A stretch of DNA of 28,114 nucleotides from a virus (lineage: Duplodnaviria > Caudoviricetes), in the IMG/VR virus record IMGVR_UViG_3300030392_000196, positions 1 through 28,114 of that record, one strand, 5' to 3'. Under the pieces are notes generated by a model. The model made no database searches. It was not told the origin of the DNA and worked only from the letters and a program-made list of their open reading frames with translations. Positions 17,041 to 24,976 of the stretch are shown here, in pieces. Numbering within the stretch: the stretch's first letter is position 1; each line of letters starts with the position of its first letter. A program made the translations under genes and the position numbers.

Positions 17041-17459
17041 TGGCATTTTCATACACGCCTGGCAGCACCGCCGAGAGGGACAGAGTTCGGCTCGAAATCG
17101 GGGACACTGACGCAGACCGTGCGCTGTTTCAAGATGCTGAGATAGATGATTTCCTTGCCCAAGAAGGGGACAGCGTCCTAAAATCAGCGGCCAGAGCGTG
17201 TGAAACCTTGGCAGTGCGATTCGCCAGGGATTTCACATTTTCAGCGGACGGGGCCAGCTTCCAGAAAGGCAGCGTGACCCAAATGTTCATGGCGCAGGCT
17301 AAGCGACTACGCCGCAAGGCAACGGCTACCACGACGGTTATGCCCCGACGTAAAGATGGTTACAGTGTGTACACAGATAGTGACGACGTGACGGGTTTGA
17401 ATATCCTAGATTCAGGCACGGGCCTCGGATACCCCCACCGCCCATATGCGGATAGCTAA
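17040..17459 (+). CDS. Head-tail adaptor (connector) protein
   Basis: DRVRLEIGDTD..FQDAEIDDFL motif; TAATG overlap, start at 17040 (ORF track starts at 16989). Confidence 0.75.
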   Translation: MAFSYTPGSTAERDRVRLEIGDTDADRALFQDAEIDDFLAQEGDSVLKSAARACETLAVRFARDFTFSADGASFQKGSVTQMFMAQAKRLRRKATATTTVMPRRKDGYSVYTDSDDVTGLNILDSGTGLGYPHRPYADS

Positions 17460-17824
17460 TGACAGACAAGCTATTGCAAGGCTTGGATTTAGACTATATG
17501 AGAACAGAGGCAGTTCGGGCCATGCCCGACACTGTTGACATTCAACGGCAGTCTAAGGAGCTTGACGGACAAGGTGGATTCATTGTTAGTTGGAGCGAGG
17601 CGTACCAGAATATCCCGGCACGGCTAACCTCACGTGGAGGAAGTGAATCAACCGATACTGGCCGCCTGGATACGCAATTAAGTTTCACCCTGACTCTTGC
17701 CTACGACCAATCTATCGAGGCCGACGACAGGGTGCTTCATTCCAGTGGTACTTATGAGGTACAATCGGTGGACACAGGCAAATCTTGGACGCTGTCGAAG
17801 CGATGCCAGATGCGCCAAATCTAG
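17459..17824 (+). CDS. Head closure / stopper protein (SPP1 gp16-like)
   Basis: VDIQR..LDGQGG..W, DDRVLH..YEVQSVD; position in the neck module. Confidence 0.75.
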   Translation: MTDKLLQGLDLDYMRTEAVRAMPDTVDIQRQSKELDGQGGFIVSWSEAYQNIPARLTSRGGSESTDTGRLDTQLSFTLTLAYDQSIEADDRVLHSSGTYEVQSVDTGKSWTLSKRCQMRQI

Positions 17825-18021
17825 GGCTGCAAGAGGCTCGGTGCAGGCGCACAGAATGTCGTAGCCTATTGGCCCGAATCAGATTAGATGGGAGTAGCCT
17901 AGTAGAAATTAAGTGCCGCCGATGCCAGGCTGTTACAACCTTTGCGCCAGATACGTCGAAGGTTAAGTTAAAGACCGATGGGCAAGGTGGCTATGTCCGT
18001 GTACCAGTGGGTGATAAGTAA
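17803..18021 (+). CDS. com: Mu Com-like zinc-finger translational regulator
   Basis: ARCRRTECRSLLARI...VEIKCRRC matches the Com pattern RC..C.(R/K)LLA....IEIKC.RC; followed by repeated GAGGCT-N3-GAAGCC motifs. Confidence 0.7.
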   Translation: MPDAPNLGLQEARCRRTECRSLLARIRLDGSSLVEIKCRRCQAVTTFAPDTSKVKLKTDGQGGYVRVPVGDK

Positions 18022-18036
18022 ATAAGCCCCGTCCTA

Positions 18037-18165
18037 GAGGCTCTCGAAGCCCGATAAACGGCTTGGACGTTTGAGTGGGGCGTAGTCATTGGGGAGGCTC
18101 ATGAAGCCCTTGAATATTGTCGTGGTACGGCACGGTATCGCCAACAAATTCGAGGGCTTTTTTAT
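18037..18165 (+). promoter_or_regulatory. Putative Com-responsive RNA element with an RBS-sequestering hairpin
   Basis: GAGGCTC(TC/AT)GAAGCCC at 18037-18052 and 18094-18109; stem 18104-18120 pairs with 18144-18159 and covers GAGGG (18152-18156) before ATG 18166. Confidence 0.65.
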
Positions 18166-18504
18166 ATGGCTAGTATAGATTTCAACGCCAAGGTGGAAAT
18201 CAAGCTCAATCCCAAGTGGGAGCGAGTTGAAGAATTGCTTGCCCAGGCAATTCAGGTTGCCGCTCGGAATATTGAGACCGGAGCCAAACGGGACGTCGCT
18301 GTGGACACAGGGGCCACTCGTAACAGCATCATGGCTAGAGAAACGGGGCGATTGGAGTGGACTGTAGGGGCATCCACCCACTATGCTCCTCACATAGAGT
18401 TTGGCACCATACACATGACTGCACGTCCTTTCATGAATACAAACCTTGAGAAAGAACGGCCAAGAGTCCTCGAAGCAGTCAGGCAGATTACACGAGATTT
18501 GTAG
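18166..18504 (+). CDS. HK97 gp10-like neck/tail-completion protein
   Basis: AVDTGATRNSI, YAPHIEFGT..M.ARPFM motifs. Confidence 0.85.
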   Translation: MASIDFNAKVEIKLNPKWERVEELLAQAIQVAARNIETGAKRDVAVDTGATRNSIMARETGRLEWTVGASTHYAPHIEFGTIHMTARPFMNTNLEKERPRVLEAVRQITRDL

Positions 18505-18918
18505 ATGGCAAACTTACGAGTCAATCTCGATACCGCCGTGTTCACCGTCCTGAACATAGCCGCTGTGACCAACGAGGCCACAGGCGGCGTGTTCAATCAA
18601 CTGGCCCCTGCTGGGACGGCACCGCCTTACGTTGTCTTTCAGGCGATGTCTAAGGTTGACGAGTATTGGAGTTTTACCGGCCGAGGTGGGGCGGCTGTGT
18701 ACATGATTAAAGCCATAGACCGGAGTCCCTGGCCGAAGGGAGCCGGAGACATAGACACCCAAATAGATTCAGCAATGCAAGATGCGTCGCTAAGCATCAC
18801 GGGGCATGCTCTCCTGCAATGCAGGAGGGAATCTGATATCTATCTTGTTGAGGATTTGGATGGAGTCGTATACCAACACATCGGAGGATTGTATCGCATC
18901 CTCGCAGACCAAAGCTGA
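18505..18918 (+). CDS. Tail terminator / completion protein (SPP1 gp17-like)
   Basis: GGVFNQLAP...PPYVVF, C-terminal YQHIGGLYRI; position before the tail tube genes. Confidence 0.75.
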   Translation: MANLRVNLDTAVFTVLNIAAVTNEATGGVFNQLAPAGTAPPYVVFQAMSKVDEYWSFTGRGGAAVYMIKAIDRSPWPKGAGDIDTQIDSAMQDASLSITGHALLQCRRESDIYLVEDLDGVVYQHIGGLYRILADQS

Positions 18919-19117
18919 TGAATGTGTCCACCATTGGGATATCGCAACAGCTGAAGGCCCAGTCAGCCAGGGGCAATGCCAAAAATGTGATGCTGTCAGG
19001 GAATTCAGCAACAGCTTCGGCTACATACCTAAATACTATGCAAGATTTATTGTAGACCCTCCGACAAACCGTTATGCCACAGTCAAATATCCAAAACTCT
19101 ACACCAACGACCCATAA
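18860..19117 (+). CDS. Small zinc-binding protein (CxHHW...CxxC...EFxNS)
   Basis: CVHHWDIATAEGPVSQGQCQKCDAVREFSNS; start uncertain, overlaps the upstream gene. Confidence 0.55.
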   Translation: MESYTNTSEDCIASSQTKADECVHHWDIATAEGPVSQGQCQKCDAVREFSNSFGYIPKYYARFIVDPPTNRYATVKYPKLYTNDP

Positions 19118-19358
19118 TGATGATATTTGGTATGTTGCCCTGAAGAAGCTGTTGATGGCACAGGGGCCAGGAGCGACGCCATCCTCTATCCGTATAGCCA
19201 AGGGCCAGCGGTTTGCCCTGGATGGGAATGAACCCGTTGATGTTGAGGAATTGATACGGCTGAAAGCCGTGAAGATATACGAGGAATCCGATGCAGTGTG
19301 GGCACAGCCTGCATTAGCCAACGCACGCAAGCCCAGAAGGAGAAGAAACCGTGGCTAG
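19074..19358 (+). CDS. Hypothetical protein with basic C-terminus
   Basis: 94 aa; overlaps the neighbours on both sides. Confidence 0.6.
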   Translation: MPQSNIQNSTPTTHNDDIWYVALKKLLMAQGPGATPSSIRIAKGQRFALDGNEPVDVEELIRLKAVKIYEESDAVWAQPALANARKPRRRRNRG

Positions 19359-20112
19359 AGTTCATGCTAAAAGCGCAGGGTTACTGGTCGACGAGTTTGA
19401 TTTCAGTGGCGTGAGTAACTCCATGACATTGAATTTCGCCGAGGCACCAGCAGACGTCACAGCGTTTGCCGATACTGACATGACTTATATCCAGGGCAAG
19501 CCGACATTCACATTCGATGTAAATGGCTTGTGGAGTACGGCCAGCCCTAACTACGACGGGGAGATGTTTACCGACCTCACTGCCACCGCAAGGCGAGTGG
19601 GCATCTATCCCGGTGGCCTGGACGAAGGCACCGTCGGCTATGAGGGAGCGACCTTAATCAGCGCATCGCCAAGGGTGTCCACGGTAGGTGATGCCATCGC
19701 CTGCAACGTCACCTGGCAGGGCGCATCGGCCCCGTTCCGTTCCCGAATCATCGAGGCCAATACCATAACGTGCAACGGCTCGACGGTTGTCGCCAATGGG
19801 ACTGGCTACAACCTGGGAACGATTGCGGCGACCAATACGATTTTCGGTGTCTGGCGCATGGTGGAGATGGGCGGCTCCGGCAGTAACACGATTGCCCTCG
19901 AAATCCAGAGCGAAAATAATGACACCTGGGGAAGCCCCACCACGGCAATCAACTTCGGCACGATAACGCATAGCACTGGAGTTTCGTTTCTTACTGCGTC
20001 TGCCACCGGCCAAGCGGGAGTTGAGTCTTGGTTTCGAGTGCAAATCCAGTCGTCCGGTTCAGGGAGCCGGACGTTCAAGAATTACGTCAGTTTCGGCTAT
20101 TTCGTTACTTAA
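19351..20112 (+). CDS. Tail tube-like protein 1 (with C-terminal extension)
   Basis: MARVHAK..NSMTLNF..ADVTAFAD..YIQGK..FDVNG; homologous to the next two ORFs plus an extra beta domain. Confidence 0.75.
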   Translation: MARVHAKSAGLLVDEFDFSGVSNSMTLNFAEAPADVTAFADTDMTYIQGKPTFTFDVNGLWSTASPNYDGEMFTDLTATARRVGIYPGGLDEGTVGYEGATLISASPRVSTVGDAIACNVTWQGASAPFRSRIIEANTITCNGSTVVANGTGYNLGTIAATNTIFGVWRMVEMGGSGSNTIALEIQSENNDTWGSPTTAINFGTITHSTGVSFLTASATGQAGVESWFRVQIQSSGSGSRTFKNYVSFGYFVT

Positions 20113-20127
20113 TAGGAGGGTAGGCTA

Positions 20128-20562
20128 ATGGCTAGAACTCACGGCAAGGATTCCAATTTTAGCTTCAACAGCGTGGCAATTGAGGATGAACTCAACAGCA
20201 TCACCATGAACGCCACAGTGACGGAGGGAGACATTACGGCCTTTGGGGATGCTTATCAAAACTTCCTGGCTGGCAAGAAGAATGTCTCATTTGATGTGAG
20301 CGGTGCGCTCGACGCTGACTTTGCCAGTGATGGAGATGCCACGATATTCGACCACATCACGCTGACGAGCGGCCCCAAAACATTGGTTTACGACCCAGAC
20401 GGTGCAGGGCCAGATACCAACAGCCCAGAGTACACCTGTACCTCGTCGGGGCTGACCGGGGCATTGGTGTCCAGCTACACCATCAATTTGCCCGTAGGCG
20501 ACGCAGCAAGCTACTCAGCAAGTTTCCAATGTTCCGGGTCAACTACCCGAGCGGTATCGTAA
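20128..20562 (+). CDS. Tail tube-like protein 2
   Basis: MARTHGKDSNFSF..IEDELNSITMN..DITAFGDAYQNFLAGK; AGGAGGG RBS. Confidence 0.8.
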   Translation: MARTHGKDSNFSFNSVAIEDELNSITMNATVTEGDITAFGDAYQNFLAGKKNVSFDVSGALDADFASDGDATIFDHITLTSGPKTLVYDPDGAGPDTNSPEYTCTSSGLTGALVSSYTINLPVGDAASYSASFQCSGSTTRAVS

Positions 20563-20566
20563 AGCC

Positions 20567-20590
20567 CCTGAAAACGGCTTAGAACGCCGT
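20567..20590 (+). repeat. Copy of the dispersed CCTGAAAACGGCTTAGA motif
   Basis: 17-bp exact match to the reverse complement of 3739-3755; intergenic. Confidence 0.7.
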
Positions 20591-20617
20591 ATAAGACTAT
20601 TCTAGGAGGAACTTGAC

Positions 20618-21025
20618 ATGGCACGAACCCACGGCAAGGATGCTGACTTTTCATTTGATGGCGTAGCCATCGAAGATGAATTAAATTCAGTAACTCTTAA
20701 TTTCACGGTGCCGGAGGCTGACATCACAGCTTTCGGTGACAGCTATCAAAATTTCCTGGCAGGGAAACCCACGGCGACCATCGACATAGCTGGGTTCGCC
20801 GATTTGGCATCGTCACAAGGGGACGTAACCATCTTCGGGGAACTGGGCCTGGAAGGCGAGGAATGGGATTTCGAGCCTGATGGAACCACCGGCTATAACG
20901 GTTTCGCCATCGTCACTAGCTATTCCATTAACTCAACTGTTGGTGGGCCGATAACGTATTCGGCCAGCTTCCGCCATAACGGTGGCAGCGCAGCCGCCGA
21001 TGCCGCAGCACCCACCAGGGGATAA
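20618..21025 (+). CDS. Tail tube-like protein 3
   Basis: MARTHGKDADFSF..IEDELNSVTLNF..DITAFGDSYQNFLAGK; AGGAGGG RBS. Confidence 0.8.
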   Translation: MARTHGKDADFSFDGVAIEDELNSVTLNFTVPEADITAFGDSYQNFLAGKPTATIDIAGFADLASSQGDVTIFGELGLEGEEWDFEPDGTTGYNGFAIVTSYSINSTVGGPITYSASFRHNGGSAAADAAAPTRG

Positions 21026-21090
21026 ATAACGTATCTCCCTCCTCCCTTCCCCCTTAGGGAAGGGGAGGGGGGAAGAAGAAGGAGAGGCTC

Positions 21091-21543
21091 ATGAAGCCCA
21101 AGATACCAACTGTCAAAATCAAGAGCGATGAGTGCTTTATCAGCATTGGGCAGATTATCGAGGATGGAGCAATTACGCATCCCGGTGTCCCTCACTACGT
21201 ACATGAAGGCGAATGGGTGGAGATAATGCCAGTGATGGCGGTGCGTGAGGTGATGCAGCTTAGCCGTCTTCAGAGAGGCGGCGAAGATACGTCGGGCCTA
21301 GGGGAAAACCTTTCCCAGTTATGCAAGGAACTGTCCAAGCGCATCATCAAATGGAACTGGACGAACTTAATGGGTGAACCTATGCAGCAACCCTATGACC
21401 GTCCCGAAGTGCTTGAATCGTTATCGTCGGACGAACTGCTATGGTTAGTAAATGCCTCATCAGCCCAGGAGGCACCGGAAGCCCGAAAAAAAGACTCCGC
21501 CACCTCGGCGAATATATCCTCGGCGACGGCCCTCAGCCCGTAG
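21091..21543 (+). CDS. Tail assembly chaperone (G)
   Basis: Between tube and tape-measure genes; IIKWNWTN motif; ends near a slippery site. Confidence 0.8.
   Translation: MKPKIPTVKIKSDECFISIGQIIEDGAITHPGVPHYVHEGEWVEIMPVMAVREVMQLSRLQRGGEDTSGLGENLSQLCKELSKRIIKWNWTNLMGEPMQQPYDRPEVLESLSSDELLWLVNASSAQEAPEARKKDSATSANISSATALSP
21486..21492 (+). promoter_or_regulatory. -1 programmed ribosomal frameshift site (A AAA AAA)
   Basis: CGA AAA AAA GAC in frame 0; the -1 frame stays open to 21749. Confidence 0.8.
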
Positions 21544-21749
21544 CAGTGACAGTCAGTGTGATATGCGAGAGTTTTGAGTGCTTGCCCAGTGAAGTGATGG
21601 ACGAAGACTGGCAATTAGTGCGGGATATATTGGACTACAGGTTGCTGATGAGTGCGAAAGACCAGCACAATCGAGATGCTAGTCAGATGCACCCGTCACA
21701 GATAGAAATGTGGAAGGAAATGGTCGAGGCAGTAGAGAGCGATGGCTGA
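21486..21749 (+). CDS. Frameshift extension of the tail assembly chaperone (GT)
   Basis: -1 frame KRLRHLGEYILG..ICESFECLPSEV..; overlaps the tape measure start. Confidence 0.75.
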   Translation, partial: KKRLRHLGEYILGDGPQPVAVTVSVICESFECLPSEVMDEDWQLVRDILDYRLLMSAKDQHNRDASQMHPSQIEMWKEMVEAVESDG

Positions 21750-24240
21750 AGCAACAACCGTAGCAATTCTTTTACAGGCTAAAGATAACGCTTCTGATGC
21801 CTTGAATAAGGTGAAGCAAAATGCCCAAGGGTTATCGGATAGCTTTGGCAGGCATCGTGTCAAGATAGGCATGGCGGCGGCTGGTATCGGTGCGGCCATC
21901 ACGGGTATTGGCGTAATGTCTGTTAAATCATCCTTAGACCAACAGCTAGGCATCAATCAACTTGATGTCGCACTTAAGAACATCGGGACAAGCTACGAAG
22001 CGAACAAGAAACAGATTGAGGACTTAGCCTCGGCGCAACAAGCGAAGACGAACTTCGGTGACGAGGAACAACGGAAGGCATTACAGAAGCTGGTGCAAGT
22101 GACAGGGGATTACGACCTGTCGATGCAAGCGATGATTCCGTTGATGGATATGTCAGCGGCGACAGGGATGAAGTTAGAGGGCGCAGCCGTGCTGGTCGCT
22201 CGTGCTGTGAGCGGAGAGGCAACGGCCCTCAAGCGGTACGGCATTGAGCTAGATGCAAGCACTGAACCACAGGAAGTCTTGAATGCGTTAATGGAAAAAT
22301 TTGCCGGACAAGCGGAAGCCGCTGCTGACCCCATGACCCAACTGAAGAACCGTGTGGGTGATTTGTTCCAAGTGTTCGGTGATTTACTCTTGCCTGTCAT
22401 TGAAAAGTTATTACCCAAGATAGAATCATTCGTGCGTGGCGTTATTGACTGGGCAGATGCGCATCCTGAGTTAGTTAAGTGGCTGGGGCTTGCTGGGGCG
22501 GCGTTAGGTGTAGTACTGGGGGTAGCTGGGCCACTGCTGTTGCTATTGCCGGGGCTAATCGCTGCCTTTGGCTTGTTATCAATAGCGATGGGGCCGATTG
22601 GGCTTCTTATTATTGGCATCGGTGCCGCCATTGCCGGGGGCATCATTGTCTGGCAAAAGTGGGAGGAAATTATAGATTTCCTCAAACGGGATTTGGCTGA
22701 CTTTGCCAAAAAGTTTATTGATATGGCAATCCAAATCTCGAAAGCCGGGAGTTTCTTACTTGGCTGGATGCCTAAAATCGGCGAAGATATTAAAGCAGGC
22801 ATCGCTATCGCTGTAGATAGCTTAGAAGGCATGAAAAGAAGCTTGGACGATTGGTCGGGTGTAACCCAGCGAGAAGCCAAGAAAGTGTCCCAAGCCTATG
22901 GTGACGTGGAAGATGTGCAGACGGAGATGGCAAAGACAGCACGGAAAGCTGAGTTAGAAATGTCTGGTTCAGCTATGGAGATGGCACGAAATGTCGGTGG
23001 GTCGGCTAACAAAGTTGTTGAGGCACTTGAAGAAGTGAAGTTGTCGAAGGTAGAGATGTATCTTGCGGCGAAGGAGGCCGTTATTCAAACATCTTTGGCC
23101 TACGGCGAGTTGGAAGATGCGGTTGGGCTTGCAACGGGCGGTGTAATAAGAAGCATCGACGAACTGGCGAGAGAGCAGGCAGATGCAGCCAGGGAGACAG
23201 AACGGATACTACAAGCTGAGTTGGATGCTAGGCAAGACATTGCGAATAAGATGTCTAGCTTGTTAAGCCGCCAACTTAGTGACCAACGCACGGCAAATGA
23301 AACTCTGCGAGATTACTGGCGGGAAACTAGCCAAGCGTACCAGAAAGAAACGCAAGCGCAGGCGGATACCGCTGCCAGAGAAACTCAGAGAATCTCTGAT
23401 TCATGGACTGGTTTCCGAAACGACCAAGACACCACCATGCAAGCCTTGGAAGATTCCGGTATTGGCTTTGAACAAGCGGTGAAACTGCTAGCGCAACGGC
23501 ACGGCATAAGCGTGATGCAAATGACCGACGACCTCGCAGCGGGTGAGGTTAAATATCGGGACACATTTGCGCTGATGGAATTTGCTGGCAGAGAGTCCAT
23601 AAATGGGATAATTGGAGATTATAAAAGGCTTGAGACAGAAAAAGCGTCACTGGACGCAGCTCTTTTATTGGGACAACAAGAAAGGGAAAGAAGGGTGGCA
23701 GCACAGGCTGAGGTCTTTACAGCAGAACGGCCTGAATTAAATGTGGGTCAAATGAACCGGCTGATAAACGTGGGAGGACTTGGGGCCGGAAAGGATACTA
23801 GCTTTGGGACAGGTCGGTCAACAATCGCTGGGGCATTTGCGGCCATACAGGGACACCGTGGTGGAATGATGCAAGGTGGCCTGAGTGATGAAGCACTTCT
23901 AGGAGAGATACTGAAAGCAGCCCCAGATGCCGCCTGGGGCAATCTTCCAGAAGGACTGCAAGAGATAAGAGATAGAGTAATCGCTGGCGTAAATGGCAAG
24001 GCTGGCGGTGGTTGGGCTGGTGGCAGAACGCTGGTGGGTGAACGTGGCCCTGAGATTGTCAATCTACCGACTGGGTCATACGTCAATCCGCACGGCAGCG
24101 GTAGCATGGGTGGTGGCTCTAATACGTTCCATTTCCACGGGGCTGTCTATGGCCTGGAAGACTTACGGCGTGTAGTGGTGGAAGCCGTGCGTGACCACGC
24201 TATCAGCGGTGGATTCCGTGGGGTATTCGGAGAGGCGTAA
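21742..24240 (+). CDS. Tape measure protein
   Basis: 832 aa, Ala/Leu-rich helical, N-terminal LQAKDNAS, central hydrophobic segment, C-terminal AGGG..LVGERGPE. Confidence 0.92.
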   Translation: MAEATTVAILLQAKDNASDALNKVKQNAQGLSDSFGRHRVKIGMAAAGIGAAITGIGVMSVKSSLDQQLGINQLDVALKNIGTSYEANKKQIEDLASAQQAKTNFGDEEQRKALQKLVQVTGDYDLSMQAMIPLMDMSAATGMKLEGAAVLVARAVSGEATALKRYGIELDASTEPQEVLNALMEKFAGQAEAAADPMTQLKNRVGDLFQVFGDLLLPVIEKLLPKIESFVRGVIDWADAHPELVKWLGLAGAALGVVLGVAGPLLLLLPGLIAAFGLLSIAMGPIGLLIIGIGAAIAGGIIVWQKWEEIIDFLKRDLADFAKKFIDMAIQISKAGSFLLGWMPKIGEDIKAGIAIAVDSLEGMKRSLDDWSGVTQREAKKVSQAYGDVEDVQTEMAKTARKAELEMSGSAMEMARNVGGSANKVVEALEEVKLSKVEMYLAAKEAVIQTSLAYGELEDAVGLATGGVIRSIDELAREQADAARETERILQAELDARQDIANKMSSLLSRQLSDQRTANETLRDYWRETSQAYQKETQAQADTAARETQRISDSWTGFRNDQDTTMQALEDSGIGFEQAVKLLAQRHGISVMQMTDDLAAGEVKYRDTFALMEFAGRESINGIIGDYKRLETEKASLDAALLLGQQERERRVAAQAEVFTAERPELNVGQMNRLINVGGLGAGKDTSFGTGRSTIAGAFAAIQGHRGGMMQGGLSDEALLGEILKAAPDAAWGNLPEGLQEIRDRVIAGVNGKAGGGWAGGRTLVGERGPEIVNLPTGSYVNPHGSGSMGGGSNTFHFHGAVYGLEDLRRVVVEAVRDHAISGGFRGVFGEA

Positions 24241-24608
24241 TGTTCGATTACAGATGCAAACTTCTAAGGGTCGTAGACGGCGATACCATCGATGTCAATC
24301 TTGACCTAGGTTTCAATGTCTGGCACAAGGCCAGAGTGCGAATGTTGGGGATAGATACGCCCGAATCACGAACCAGGAATTTAGAGGAGAAGGCTATGGG
24401 GCTGGCATCGAAAGCCAGACTCAAGGAACTTCTCAAAGGAAGCCAAGTAGAGATTGAATGTTCAAAAGAGAAAGGAAAATTTGGCAGGGTTCTTGGCATC
24501 GTGTGGGCGACTGACAAGGAAGGCAATCGCACCAACTGCAATAACCAACTCTGTGAAGAGGGCCATGCTCGCTCCTATTTTGGTGGCAAAAAGGAATCGT
24601 GGACGTAG
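24240..24608 (+). CDS. Thermonuclease (SNase-like) family protein
   Basis: [36 protein letters not shown]; TAATG overlap with the tape measure gene; no signal peptide. Confidence 0.88.
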   Translation: MFDYRCKLLRVVDGDTIDVNLDLGFNVWHKARVRMLGIDTPESRTRNLEEKAMGLASKARLKELLKGSQVEIECSKEKGKFGRVLGIVWATDKEGNRTNCNNQLCEEGHARSYFGGKKESWT

Positions 24609-24610
24609 CA

Positions 24611-24751
24611 ATGCCGCTGAAGAAAGGGAAAACGAAAAGAACGGTCAGCAGTAATATTGGCGAACTACGCAAGGCCGGTTATCCGCAAAAACAGGCCGTT
24701 GCCATTGCCGTTTCAACCGCACGAGGTGGGCGAAAACGGGGGAAAAAATGA
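24611..24751 (+). CDS. 46-aa basic phage protein ([14 protein letters not shown] type)
   Basis: Not in ORF track. [46 protein letters not shown]. Confidence 0.75.
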   Translation: MPLKKGKTKRTVSSNIGELRKAGYPQKQAVAIAVSTARGGRKRGKK

Positions 24752-24764
24752 GAACACTAACGAA

Positions 24765-24970
24765 TATAGTATATTACATATTGTGATGGTTCGTGCCTAG
24801 AAAAAACAGTGTAAAGAGAGACAGTATGGTTACCCCTACTATGGCTTGCATGGCGCACCACCAGAGAAGCGGCTTAGAGACCGTTCTGAAGGATTTCAAA
24901 ATCTAGGGTCAAAAATACTTTATATTACATATTGTGATATATACCAAAAGTTAAATTCAGGAAATAGGCC
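24765..24970. repeat. ~200-bp non-coding element, copy 2, with an internal 18-bp direct repeat
   Basis: Homologous to 1436-1640; TATATTACATATTGTGAT at 24770-24787 and 24921-24938. Confidence 0.8.
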
Positions 24971-24976
24971 AAATAA

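Noticed and set aside
21441-21749. Independent 102-aa gene
   Set aside because: No RBS at the listed start; explained as the -1 frameshift extension
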